From: Candidatus Electronema halotolerans
Lineage (GTDB): Bacteria > Desulfobacterota > Desulfobulbia > Desulfobulbales > Desulfobulbaceae
Assembly (NCBI GenBank): GCA_942493095.1
Contig: OW818675.1
Location: 750,001-782,000 of the forward strand
Length of the DNA: 32,000 bases
Direction: 5' to 3'
Position numbers and translations under genes: made by a program. Below, one piece after another: positions 1-9,299 of the stretch. Position 1 is the first letter of the stretch. Each line of letters begins with the position of its first letter. A model generated the notes under the pieces. That model saw only the letters and a program-made list of their open reading frames with translations, was not told the origin of the DNA and did no database searches.

Positions 1-764
1 AACACATCGGTATTCATGAGCAGTTTTTCGACTGCTTCCGTTGAAGGACGCACGCATCCGCAAAGCTCTTCCGATGCCTTCAGCAGCGAACCCTCGGAGA
101 CGGAATGCCCGGTCAGGTCTTCGATAATCTGCGCAGCCCGTTCAAGCGGAATATGATGCTGGTTCGCGAAATATGCCGCCCAAGTTTTCACCCCCGTGCC
201 GTAACGGATGCCCTGTCCGACGTTTTCCGGGAATTTGCCTCTGTTTTCCGTGCCGCAGCCGGGACAGATTTTTATTTCCGCTCGATGCGAGGTCACTTCA
301 ATCCGAATCGCCGGAATATCATAAACCTGCCGTTCCTCCTCTCCGACAGCGACGACATCCGCAAGCGACATTTTGCAAGCCGCGCATTCCTCGGGTTTAT
401 ACCTCTCCGTAGAATCCGGTGCCGCAGACCGCTCAAGAGTATGCCCTTGATGACCTGGCTGGCCGCCGTTCGGCTTCCTGCCGGACTCTCTCAGACTTTC
501 CGTTCGCTTCGCTTTACCGTATCCATCGCTCGAAGGCGGTTTCCCGCTGTTCCGACTGTTTTTCGACAGCCGGGCCTGCAAATCCTTCAATATCTCGGAC
601 TGCTTGGCTGACTGAGCGGCGAGGTTTTCAACCTGCGCAGTTATACTGCTAAACAGGGCGACGACCGCTTCTTCGCCTTCTGCGTATGCAGCACGGACTT
701 CTTTTTCACTAGGAACACTGAAATTCATAACGGCAGCATAATCTTTACCTGTTGATTTTGTCAA
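1..764 (-). CDS. IS66-family transposase, N-terminal ~255 codons of copy B (continues beyond the left edge)
   Basis: Same frame and near-identical sequence to 1258..2021 of the 410-aa ORF. Start is TTG at 764 or ATG at 728, as in copy A. One Ser/Pro difference and no stop in the visible part. Confidence 0.75.
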   Translation of the reverse strand, partial: MTKSTGKDYAAVMNFSVPSEKEVRAAYAEGEEAVVALFSSITAQVENLAAQSAKQSEILKDLQARLSKNSRNSGKPPSSDGYGKAKRTESLRESGRKPNGGQPGHQGHTLERSAAPDSTERYKPEECAACKMSLADVVAVGEEERQVYDIPAIRIEVTSHRAEIKICPGCGTENRGKFPENVGQGIRYGTGVKTWAAYFANQHHIPLERAAQIIEDLTGHSVSEGSLLKASEELCGCVRPSTEAVEKLLMNTDV

Positions 765-792
765 GAGGCTTGGCGGATGCCTGAGTAGTTAC
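1..792 (-). mobile_element. IS66-family insertion sequence (single-ORF, ISBst12-like layout), copy B; only its left ~790 bp lie in the window
   Basis: 1..792 repeats 1258..2049 almost exactly; I find 2 mismatches (395 vs 1652, 420 vs 1677). Identity ends sharply at 792/2049, where the minus strand reads 5'-GTAACTACTCAGGCATCC. GTAA is the terminus typical of IS66-family inverted repeats. Confidence 0.8.
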
Positions 793-2021
793 GGCGGAGT
801 CTTCTTCACCCGTCCTCGTTTTTTCTCCTTAGGCGGAGTGAACGGATTGTCCGCAAAACCCCGTCGGACGATTTCATCATACCGCCGCTCAAATTCTTCG
901 ATCTTCTCCGGCGTGAAGCCGTCCCGATCCGGCTTCAGCTTTTCAGCCGCGCCTTTTATTTCAAGCAGCAGCTCGGCCATCTCGCCGGCCCAAACTTGTC
1001 CGTACTGTTTTTCTATGAACTTGAGTTCCCGGAGATGATGCGCATTGCACAGCGCATGACCGCAGTTTTCATAGCTGAAGTACGATTTCCAATGATCATG
1101 CGTCGCTGTTCCTGTGAACTTTCCAAGGATTCCCGCTGCGTCCATCGCCTCTTTTCCCCGTTTTTCATGCACCGAATAATGGGTGAGGCAGTCTGTCGAA
1201 GCGACATGCAGCCAGTGCAGCTTCCCTTTCACGCGGACTCCGCTTTCATCGGCATGTAACACATCGGTATTCATGAGCAGTTTTTCGACTGCTTCCGTTG
1301 AAGGACGCACGCATCCGCAAAGCTCTTCCGATGCCTTCAGCAGCGAACCCTCGGAGACGGAATGCCCGGTCAGGTCTTCGATAATCTGCGCAGCCCGTTC
1401 AAGCGGAATATGATGCTGGTTCGCGAAATATGCCGCCCAAGTTTTCACCCCCGTGCCGTAACGGATGCCCTGTCCGACGTTTTCCGGGAATTTGCCTCTG
1501 TTTTCCGTGCCGCAGCCGGGACAGATTTTTATTTCCGCTCGATGCGAGGTCACTTCAATCCGAATCGCCGGAATATCATAAACCTGCCGTTCCTCCTCTC
1601 CGACAGCGACGACATCCGCAAGCGACATTTTGCAAGCCGCGCATTCCTCGGATTTATACCTCTCCGTAGAATCCGGCGCCGCAGACCGCTCAAGAGTATG
1701 CCCTTGATGACCTGGCTGGCCGCCGTTCGGCTTCCTGCCGGACTCTCTCAGACTTTCCGTTCGCTTCGCTTTACCGTATCCATCGCTCGAAGGCGGTTTC
1801 CCGCTGTTCCGACTGTTTTTCGACAGCCGGGCCTGCAAATCCTTCAATATCTCGGACTGCTTGGCTGACTGAGCGGCGAGGTTTTCAACCTGCGCAGTTA
1901 TACTGCTAAACAGGGCGACGACCGCTTCTTCGCCTTCTGCGTATGCAGCACGGACTTCTTTTTCACTAGGAACACTGAAATTCATAACGGCAGCATAATC
2001 TTTACCTGTTGATTTTGTCAA
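789..2021 (-). pseudogene. IS66-family transposase, 3'-truncated at codon 410 by the nested copy
   Basis: IS66 hallmarks: CPGCG zinc ribbon, HADESG, THDHWKSY and CNAHHLRELK. The protein stops after KKRGRVKKTPP, and the TAA stop (789-791) is supplied by the GTAA terminus of copy B. Full-length IS66 transposases are about 100 aa longer and carry the last catalytic acidic residue there. Start is TTG at 2021 or ATG at 1985. Confidence 0.8.
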
Positions 2022-2049
2022 GAGGCTTGGCGGATGCCTGAGTAGTTAC
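793..2049 (-). mobile_element. IS66-family insertion sequence, copy A, truncated by insertion of copy B
   Basis: The left end at 2049 has a GTAA terminus on the minus strand. The element body stops at 793, where the terminus of copy B begins. Confidence 0.75.
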
Positions 2050-2215
2050 CAGCACTTTTCATTTACACAAACAGACCGCTGCTCGCCGATGGGGAGCCTA
2101 AATATTGAATTCCTCCCTCGAACATTTGTCAAATGGCATTTTGCAACTGAATCCGCAGTTTTTATATGCGGTCAGCTTGTCACTCACAGGAAAGGGCACA
2201 GCGGCCTGCTTCTGC

Positions 2216-3409
2216 TCACTCATGCCGGAGCGCATCAATCGGGTCAAGGCGGGCGGCTTTGAGGGCGGGAAAGTAGCCGAAGATCACGCCCACGGCGGCG
2301 GAGAAGAGGAAGGCGATGCAGATGATTTGGAGATCAGGAATAAAGGGAATGCCCATTGCTTTGGTGATCCAGAATGAAGCCGCCAAAGCTATGAGAATGC
2401 CGATCAGGCCGCCGATGGAGGACAGCACTACGGCTTCGGTCAGGAACTGTAGCAAGACTTCCTGCTCAAACGCGCCAATGGCCAGACGGATGCCGATCTC
2501 GCGGGTGCGTTCGGTCACTGAGACCAGCATGATGTTCATGATGCCGATGCCGCCGACTAAGAGACTGACTGCCGCCACCGCGCCAAGCAAGGAAGTCATG
2601 GTTTTGGTGGTGCCGGTCAGCATCGCGGCCAGCTCCTTGGTGTCCCGGATGCGGAAGTCGTCCTCCTCGCTGGCGGCCAGATGCCGACGCTTGCGCAGCA
2701 GGGCGGTCAGCTCTTTTGTCACCTGCTCGCTTGAGCCGCCGTCTGCCACGGAAAGCTGAATCGTGGCCACATCCCGATTGCCGCTGAAGCGGCGCTGCAC
2801 AGTCAGCAGCGGCATGACGATCAGGTCATCCTGATCCCGGCCCATGCTGGACTGACCTTTTTCCTGAAGCAGGCCGATCACTTGGCAGGAGACCTTGCCG
2901 AGCCGGATTTTCTGGCCCACCGGGTCTTCGCCTTGAAACAAATTCTCCCGCACCGTGCTGCCAATGACGCAGACGGCCCTGCCTGCCAGCAGCTCCACAG
3001 ATTCAAAGGTCCTGCCGCTGGCCAGCGTCCAGTTGCGGGCAATGAAAAAATCGTTGGTGCTGCCGTTGATGCTGGTTGACCAGTTGCGGTTGCCGACCAC
3101 AGCGGTGACGTTCTCGGAGCTGACCGGCGCGACCGCATTCAGCGGGCTGATTTCCTTCTGAATGGCCTGCACGTCCTGCGAAGTGAATAGAGCTGTGGAA
3201 GAAGAATGCCGCTGGCCGGGGTAGATCATCAGGAGATTGGTGCCCATGCTGGCAATCTGGGCCGCGACTTGGGCGGTGCTGCCGTTGCCGATGGTGACAA
3301 GGGTGATGACCGCGCCCACGCCGATGATAATGCCGAGCACTGTCAGCACTGAGCGCATCACGTTGCGGCGAATGGCAAGCAGAGCCAGCAGGATCGTGTT
3401 GAAGAACAT
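2216..3409 (-). CDS. MacB/FtsX-type ABC transporter permease (permease-only polypeptide)
   Basis: 397 aa. N-terminal TM helix, a large periplasmic domain, then three C-terminal TM helices. The N-terminus ([28 protein letters not shown]) and C-terminus ([19 protein letters not shown]) are typical of the MacB/FtsX family. Confidence 0.85.
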   Translation of the reverse strand: MFFNTILLALLAIRRNVMRSVLTVLGIIIGVGAVITLVTIGNGSTAQVAAQIASMGTNLLMIYPGQRHSSSTALFTSQDVQAIQKEISPLNAVAPVSSENVTAVVGNRNWSTSINGSTNDFFIARNWTLASGRTFESVELLAGRAVCVIGSTVRENLFQGEDPVGQKIRLGKVSCQVIGLLQEKGQSSMGRDQDDLIVMPLLTVQRRFSGNRDVATIQLSVADGGSSEQVTKELTALLRKRRHLAASEEDDFRIRDTKELAAMLTGTTKTMTSLLGAVAAVSLLVGGIGIMNIMLVSVTERTREIGIRLAIGAFEQEVLLQFLTEAVVLSSIGGLIGILIALAASFWITKAMGIPFIPDLQIICIAFLFSAAVGVIFGYFPALKAARLDPIDALRHE

Positions 3410-3426
3410 TTTATTAAATAATCAAG

Positions 3427-4020
3427 CTATGATCGCATAACAAGACCTGCGATTTCTTTGCGTTGCCGTCGTCTCGCCTCGCGTTCGTACCGAAACAGCA
3501 GGTGCTTGGAGATATAACGGAAAACAGCTTTGAGCATCTCATCAGGATCAAAAGGTTTTGTCATATACAAATCGGCACCCTGTTTCTTTCCCCAAAATTC
3601 ATCTGATTTTCCGTTTTTGCTGGTGAGAAGAAAGACAGGAATTTGGGCAAGCTCAGGTGTGGATTTGATTGTCCGGCAAGCTTCAAAGCCGTTCATATTC
3701 GGCATGACCACATCAAGAATGATCAAGTCCGGCTGCTCAGACAGCGCTCTTGCAACACCTGCTTCGCCGTCTGTGGCGATGATAACTTGGTAGCCGAACT
3801 TGCTGAGGAACTTTTCAAGCAGGCTCCGTTCCGTTGGAGAGTCGTCAACAATCAGAATTCGTTTTGCCTGTCCATCATACAGACGGGCATCCTGTTGCCA
3901 ACGCTCCGAGTCAGAAACAGAAAGTTCTGCTGAGGAAAACTCCTCGACCTTTCGTTTCCAGAACTGCTTGGAGAATCGCAGAAAATCATACTCCCTCGGA
4001 ATATTGCAGATTGTTTCCAT
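3427..4020 (-). CDS. Stand-alone CheY-like response regulator receiver protein with a ~70-aa N-terminal extension
   Basis: REC motifs are all present: ILIVDDSP, phospho-acceptor LIILDVVMPNMNG, FLLTSK and YMTKPF. I prefer the ATG at 4020 (METICN) because GAGGAG sits 6 nt upstream; the ORF track start at 4095 is less likely. Confidence 0.8.
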   Translation of the reverse strand: METICNIPREYDFLRFSKQFWKRKVEEFSSAELSVSDSERWQQDARLYDGQAKRILIVDDSPTERSLLEKFLSKFGYQVIIATDGEAGVARALSEQPDLIILDVVMPNMNGFEACRTIKSTPELAQIPVFLLTSKNGKSDEFWGKKQGADLYMTKPFDPDEMLKAVFRYISKHLLFRYEREARRRQRKEIAGLVMRS

Positions 4021-4069
4021 TACGTCTCCTCTGTTCTTTGTTCTGCATTGCCGTTTTCTTGAAGTTATG

Positions 4070-4085
4070 TAGAATAGATATTCTA
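4070..4085. promoter_or_regulatory. Perfect 7-2-7 palindrome TAGAATA-GA-TATTCTA upstream of the response-regulator gene
   Basis: Read directly in the 100-nt gap between the ABC ATPase stop and the regulator start. Function unknown; possibly an operator or an internal promoter element. Confidence 0.25.
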
Positions 4086-4121
4086 TTTTGCGCACCCAGA
4101 CAATAGGGCGAAAAGCTCATT

Positions 4122-4847
4122 TTACCGGGCAGCTTGCTGGTCGCTTCCATCATCTGTCGCCACGTCACCATCGACAAAATGGATGATTCGTTTCGTATAT
4201 TCAGCCATTTCCGGTTCGTGCGTGACCATGACAACAGTGATGCCCTTTTCTTGATTCAGGCCGACCAGCAGTTCCATGATTTCGTGGCTGCGGGCGGTGT
4301 CGAGATTGCCGGTCGGCTCGTCAGCAAAGAGCACTGCCGGGTTGGTGACAATGGCGCGGGCAATAGCCACCCGCTGCTGCTGGCCGCCGGACAGCTCGCC
4401 CGGCGAGTGCCGCTCCCGGCCATCCAAGCCGACAATGTGCAGGGCATGGTGGGCGAGCTGCCGCCGCTGCCGGGTCGGCGTGCCGCGATACATCAGGGGC
4501 AGCTCCACGTTTTCCAAGGCTGAGGTCCGGTTGAGCAGATTGAAGCCCTGAAAGACAAAGCCAAGATAGTAGCGGCGCAGCGTGGCCAGCTCCTTCCGGT
4601 CCATCCGGCTGACCTCCAGATTGGCGAAAAAATACTGGCCCGAAGTCGGGGTGTCCAAGCAGCCGAGAATGTTCATGCAGGTGGATTTGCCGGAGCCGCT
4701 CGGCCCCATGATCGAGACAAAATCACCCTTGGCTATGTCCAAGTCAACCCCGTGCAGGGCGTATGTCAGGGCCTGACCTATGCCGTAGGACTTGGTGATG
4801 CCCCGCAGCCGGATCAGCGACGGCGCAGTTGCCGGTTCGGCAGTCAT
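4122..4847 (-). CDS. ABC transporter ATP-binding protein (MacB/LolD-type)
   Basis: Walker [10 protein letters not shown], signature [14 protein letters not shown], Walker B VLFADEPT. Its ATG overlaps the stop of the upstream adaptor gene as ATGA at 4844-4847. Confidence 0.9.
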   Translation of the reverse strand: MTAEPATAPSLIRLRGITKSYGIGQALTYALHGVDLDIAKGDFVSIMGPSGSGKSTCMNILGCLDTPTSGQYFFANLEVSRMDRKELATLRRYYLGFVFQGFNLLNRTSALENVELPLMYRGTPTRQRRQLAHHALHIVGLDGRERHSPGELSGGQQQRVAIARAIVTNPAVLFADEPTGNLDTARSHEIMELLVGLNQEKGITVVMVTHEPEMAEYTKRIIHFVDGDVATDDGSDQQAAR

Positions 4848-6151
4848 GATGCGTTCCTGTCTGTGACAAGAGCAGTGACGACCTGATCACCCGCCTTGAT
4901 TTCGCCTTCGAGAATCTGGGTATTGCTGCCGTCGCTGAGGCCAGTCTTGACCGGCACCGGCTTGGGCTGATTATTTTTGCCCAGCAGCCAGACCTGCTGT
5001 GCGTCTTGATCTTCATCTGTTTGCCGCACCCGTTTTTCCCGCTGAGGAAATCTGGGGCCGGGCTTGAGGGCATCAAAGATCGAACTTTTCCGCTCCCGTT
5101 TTTTCTGGGCCTGCGGATTGAAGCGCAGGGCCGCTGCCGGAACTATCAGGGCCTGCTCCGCCTTTTGGACAACGATTTCCGCAGTGGCTGTCATGCCGGG
5201 CCGTAAAGCCAGATCGCTGTTATCGACCATCAGCACGGTCTTATAGGTGACAACTCCGTTGGTGACAGTGGAGGCAAAGCGCACTTGGCGGATTTTGGCG
5301 GAAAATTTGCGTTCAGGGTAGGCATCAACCGTGAACTGCGCCTCCTGACCCTCGCGCACTTGGCCGATGTCCGCCTCATCCACATCAACCTGCAATTCCA
5401 TCTTGGTCAGGTCTTCAGCCAGATTGAACAGGACTGGCGCGGAAAAGGAGGCGGCCACGGTCTGGCCCGGCTCAATATTGCGACTGAGGACAATACCGTT
5501 GACCGGCGAAACAATCTCGGCCTTGCCCAAGTCCGTCAAGGTCATATCCAGCTTGGCCTGCACCTCGGCCACACCCGCTGCAGCACCGGTCTTTTCTGCT
5601 CTGGCCCGCGCCGCAGCGGCCTTGGCCGCGTCAATGTCAAATTGAGACGGGGTCTTGCCGCCGCTCAGTTTCCAAATTTTTTCGAGCTGACCGAGCTTGC
5701 TCGCTGTCTCCTGTATGGTGGCCGCCGCAGAGAGCACCTTGGCGTTGGCCGTGGCCAAGGCAGCTTGGTTCTGCTTGACCTGCGCTTGGAGTTTGGAAAC
5801 ATCCAAGCGGGCCAGCACCTGCCCGGCTTCAACCTGGTCGTTGTAATCAACCAGCACCTCGTCAATGTTGCCGGATAGCTCACTGCCGACCTCGACCTGA
5901 TTGGTGGGCTGAAGAGTGCCGGTGGCGGTCACGGTCACGGTCAAATCACCACGCCGCACCTCCTCGGTCTTATACTCGACCTGCGCTGCAGACTCTCCGC
6001 TCTCCTGCTGCTGCATATAAAAATACCCGGCAGCAGCAAGGCCGCCGAGCACCAGCAGCCAGAAGATGCAGCCCAAGCCGCTTCTCCTCTTGGGCGGATG
6101 CAGCAGCAGAGACGGATCAATCTCAGGCTGCTCTTGCGGAGGTGTTTTCAT
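4844..6151 (-). CDS. Periplasmic adaptor (membrane fusion protein, MacA/HlyD family) of the tripartite pump
   Basis: 435 aa. N-terminal TM anchor (IFWLLVLGGLAAAGYF), a coiled-coil hairpin region (LDVSKLQAQVKQNQAALATANAKV...) and beta-barrel segments typical of the HlyD_D23/MacA family. Confidence 0.85.
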   Translation of the reverse strand: MKTPPQEQPEIDPSLLLHPPKRRSGLGCIFWLLVLGGLAAAGYFYMQQQESGESAAQVEYKTEEVRRGDLTVTVTATGTLQPTNQVEVGSELSGNIDEVLVDYNDQVEAGQVLARLDVSKLQAQVKQNQAALATANAKVLSAAATIQETASKLGQLEKIWKLSGGKTPSQFDIDAAKAAAARARAEKTGAAAGVAEVQAKLDMTLTDLGKAEIVSPVNGIVLSRNIEPGQTVAASFSAPVLFNLAEDLTKMELQVDVDEADIGQVREGQEAQFTVDAYPERKFSAKIRQVRFASTVTNGVVTYKTVLMVDNSDLALRPGMTATAEIVVQKAEQALIVPAAALRFNPQAQKKRERKSSIFDALKPGPRFPQREKRVRQTDEDQDAQQVWLLGKNNQPKPVPVKTGLSDGSNTQILEGEIKAGDQVVTALVTDRNAS

Positions 6152-6173
6152 GGCGCATTGCTCAGGTCAATGT

Positions 6174-6243
6174 AAAAAAACAGTCCGTCCGCCGCGCTGA
6201 TGCAAGCCGTGCAGCAGAAGGAGAAACATGGGCGGACGGACTG
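6174..6243 (-). terminator. Long-stem hairpin followed by T7: likely rho-independent terminator after the 6249..6737 gene
   Basis: Arms 6181-6193 and 6231-6243 are perfect 13-nt complements (CAGTCCGTCCGCC / GGCGGACGGACTG). On the minus strand the stem is followed by TTTTTTT (plus-strand A-run 6174-6180). The loop is long (~37 nt), which weakens the call. Confidence 0.55.
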
Positions 6244-6248
6244 AACTG

Positions 6249-6737
6249 CTATTGCTCCAGCAGCAGATGCAGAAAGCGCATCTGTTTGCGCAGGTCATCG
6301 CCGACCAGCTCGCTCAAGCTCTGCTGGGCCGACTGGACAACAAGTCCTTCCTGTTTCAGCCGGGCCAAGATATGCTCCGGGCTGGTTTGGACAACTTGGG
6401 CCACTGTGCTCAACGGCACCTTGGCCAAGGCCCGCACCGGGGCGGCAAAATGCGGCTCATGTTCATTATCACCGAACGGAGCAAAACTGACTAACAGAAT
6501 CAGCACAAATGCGCCGAAAAGCACCTGTCCTTTGCGCTGGAGGATATACGTTTTAAAGGCGGAAAAATTGACCGCCAGATGAAAAACCACTGCTGCCAAG
6601 AAAACCCAGCTCAACCACTCGTGCATTTCTTTGGCCAAGCCGGGCGCGGCATGGAAAAACATGAAAACGCCTGTGACCGCCAGCAGCAGAAAGGCTCCGG
6701 CAGTAATCGGGGTGGTCCATTCACGTTTGATGCTCAT
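6249..6737 (-). CDS. Small 3-TM membrane protein with conserved His residues, DUF4405-like, plus a soluble C-terminal tail
   Basis: ATG at 6737 (MSIKREW) is preceded by AAGGAG. There are three hydrophobic helices with His in or near them (FFHAAPG, EMHEW, VFHLAV). The family assignment is from memory of DUF4405-type sequences only. Confidence 0.4.
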   Translation of the reverse strand: MSIKREWTTPITAGAFLLLAVTGVFMFFHAAPGLAKEMHEWLSWVFLAAVVFHLAVNFSAFKTYILQRKGQVLFGAFVLILLVSFAPFGDNEHEPHFAAPVRALAKVPLSTVAQVVQTSPEHILARLKQEGLVVQSAQQSLSELVGDDLRKQMRFLHLLLEQ

Positions 6738-6859
6738 TTTTTCTCCTTTGTGCGGATGTTGGGAAATAAGGTGTCCTGATTTTATCTGTAAAATATTATT
6801 GCCGTAATAACGAAAAACGCGCTGCTCACAACGGGCCAATACAGCAGCCTTCCGATATA

Positions 6860-7900
6860 GCGGTTTCGTATTGAACAGATATCAAACCCAGCAATGACGG
6901 AAAAACGATTTGATTGATTTTGACTTAACCGTTTTCAGAGATATATCATAAGCTTCCATCAGCTCACGCTCTGTTCTCGGCTTCAATTTTCTTATAGTGT
7001 TTTTCATTACTGACCAGCAGTATTCAATAGGGTTCAGTTCAGGACGATAAGGAGGGAGGAAAATGATCTTCGCTCCTGTACTTCTGATCAAAGCGAGAGC
7101 TTCTTTGTTTTTATGAGGACTGGCATTGTCAAGAACGACTGTCTTGCTGCTGTCAAGATATTTCAAAAGATAATTTTTTATATAGAAATAAAAGACATCT
7201 CCTGTCATGGTGCCTTTAAATTTCATGCACTTCAATATTTTTCCAAACTTTACAGCTCCTATCATGCTTATTCTTTTCCCTTTACCTGAAGGTCTTTTTG
7301 AAAAAGCTCTTGTTCCTTTTCTTGATCTTGCAAATTTTCTCGACATGTTCAAACAGCATCCTGTCTCATCAATAAAGATGAAATTCTTTTTGTCAGCCTC
7401 GATCAGGCCTGCAAGGTAATTAACTGTCTTTGCTATATTTTCCTCTTTATACGCCGCCGGATCGCGGAAAGTTTTTTTTTCCGGCTGATTTTCAGTCTGG
7501 CGAGAGTTTCGCACAGCGTGGAAGGTGCTATTTTTAAATTGAATTTCTCGTATAAGCGATCACACATCTCTTCAAGCGTAAGATCGTTCTCGTCATCAAT
7601 CATGCTGGTCAGAAAAGGCATATGAACTTCCTTGATTTTCGGAGGATTTCCGCCTTTATGAGGCTTCGGCTCAAGCGTCCCCTCAGTCTTCCATCTTTTT
7701 ACAAGACTTTGAACAAATTTATAGGAAACGTCAAGCAAATCTGCAGTTCTTCTCAATGATTTCTGTTTTTCATAAACAGACAAGACTTTCTTTCTGAAAT
7801 CAATAGAATAAATCATGGCAGACCTCCGTGTGTAAAAAAATGGAAAAAACAGACAAGTCAAGTTTAATCTTTTTCTGATAACCATACAACCTGAAACCGC
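6860..7900 (-). mobile_element. IS630-family (Tc1/mariner superfamily) insertion sequence, copy 1, 1041 bp
   Basis: Terminal inverted repeats GCGGTTTC... at both ends, flanked by TA on each side (6858-6859 and 7901-7902). About 99% identical to the inverted copy at 9300..10339. Confidence 0.9.
6882..7816 (-). CDS. IS630-family DDE transposase in two frames (orfA 7433..7816, orfB 6882..~7480), joined by a -1 shift on an A9 run
   Basis: orfA (MIYSIDFRKKVL...) is an HTH domain. orfB carries DD(35)E-type motifs: IFIDETG, VVLDNASPH and LNPIEYCW. The A9 run is the plus-strand T-run at 7472-7480. The orfB frame is -1 relative to orfA, and fusion gives ...LKISRKKKTFRDPAAYKEEN... Confidence 0.8.
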
Positions 7901-7902
7901 TA

Positions 7903-9297
7903 TATACAGTAGTTTATTTTTATATATGTTGTCATCCTTATATAAAAGCATTGACGAAACCACGAGTGCTGATAACACCATGTATGTAGTTATGTAAAAA
8001 TATTCTAAATAAAACATGCCATAAACAGCAATGTCATTCCTTGCGTTGACATGCGCAACAACAATGGCAAAAAACATTCCGCTGCACATGCTTAATAAAC
8101 TTTTTTGATCTGATTCAATAAAAATAAATGCAAAAAGCATCATATAGACAACTGTAAGTGGAACTATATTTGATATAAAAGCATTAAGAAATGCTCTCTT
8201 TGCAGAGACAAAAAAGGAAAATAAAGGAAAATTTTTTTTTGATACAGTTTCTTCTATGCCAAAGTTTGTATTGTTAATTTTATTTACAAAAACAAATCCG
8301 CTGCTTGTAATTCTCCATCCTGGCAAAAATATTTTACTATCAAGACCTGGCTTTAATGTTGAAATGATATATTTATACGACTCGAAGTCAGGGACAAGAA
8401 CAATATTATGGTTTAAATCCTTATGGGTAATTTTAAGAAAGAACTTACTGTTATCTATAGGGTATTTCGAGTAATCAACATCATCTCTTATGGAAGCAGA
8501 AAATGACCATCGAACTATTTCTTCATTTCTCTGCTTCTGCCTGAGAACTTCTGTAATATTTGATTCAGCAGCTCCAATAAATGTTATACCTCTTGAAATG
8601 AAATCATGATATCCTATGGTATATTTCTGCCATATATATCCTGTTAGTTCAATTTCGTTTGGATTGGCGAATTTGATTGTTTCTATATAAATACCAGTCG
8701 GCAGATAAACAGGTAATTCAAGATGATTATCTCGGCAGAGTCTGAAATAATCTTTTTTTGCCTTCTCCCGTGCGCCATAAGAGTCAATTTTTTTGATATC
8801 TTTATCAAAATATTGATAGTAATTAAAATAAATATTCCATATAAATCCTATTCCTGCTAAAAGCAGCATTGACGATGAAATGGAAAATATCCATTTCTTT
8901 TTATATTCATCTATCGGCAACGCATAAAGAGATAAAGCGCATAAAGAGATAAGAAAAAGGATTGAGCTGACAAGTATTTTTATTTCCTTCTTTTTGAGTA
9001 TATTTTTATCTATCAGGATATCCTTCTTTAAAAAAGTAACTTGAAGAGACCATCCTGTAGAAGGAACTGGTTCCCATACCAGCCAAGCAGGTTCTTGAGT
9101 TGAAACACTGATATGATTAACAAATCCACCCTTCAGTTCCTTCGCCTGCTGTGCAATTAATATCCGGTCTTTATCATTCTCTTCTTTGGCAACATCAATA
9201 ATGTTGCGCATGTTTGTAACATATTCTTTAGTTGGATGGTAAATATAGTTGCCGTTTTTAGTTGTTGCAGCGGGAAATCCATTTTGGCCGAGATCAA
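7903..9297 (-). pseudogene. Central fragment of a Cache-domain / pentameric ligand-gated ion channel (pLGIC) fusion gene
   Basis: Reading down from 9297, the order is:
- end of the Cache domain (IDLGQNGFPAATTKNGNYIYHP);
- two TM helices (ILVSSILFLISLCALSLYAL, WIFSISSSMLLLAGIGFIW);
- a ~170-aa beta-rich domain with pLGIC hallmarks (VYLPTGIYIETIKFANPNEIELTGYIWQ; Pro-loop YSKYPIDNSKFFLKI);
- pre-M1 Arg plus M1 (AKRAFLNAFISNIVPLTVVYMMLFAFIFI), then M2 and M3 (YLEYFYITTYMVLSALVV).
There is no M4; the fragment runs straight into IS630 copy 1. Confidence 0.65.
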
Positions 9298-9299
9298 TA

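Noticed and set aside
105-611. 168-aa plus-strand ORF, with its twin at 1362..1868 and the 79-aa ORFs at 173..412 and 1430..1669
   Set aside because: These lie antisense within the IS66 transposase coding sequence. They are Arg/Pro/Ser-rich shadow translations with no recognisable domain, and they are duplicated only because the IS is duplicated.
5285-5878. 197-aa plus-strand ORF. The same judgement applies to the similar long ORFs 2316..2759, 4134..4523, 14892..15380, 16129..16545, 23480..23878, 30832..31260 and 31257..31868.
   Set aside because: All are alternative-frame or antisense ORFs inside well-supported GC-rich genes. They have biased low-complexity composition and no motifs.
7433-9211. 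592-aa ORF taken as one protein
   Set aside because: It is a chimera. Residues 1-437 are the channel-gene fragment. The reading frame then runs by chance through the IS630 terminus into IS630 orfA (MIYSIDFRKK...). The two parts are annotated separately.
7903-9297. Idea that the segment between the inverted IS630 copies has been flipped by IS-IS recombination
   Set aside because: The two channel-gene fragments are collinear and on the same strand in the present orientation, and the Cache junction reads sensibly across copy 2. An inversion would make them convergent.
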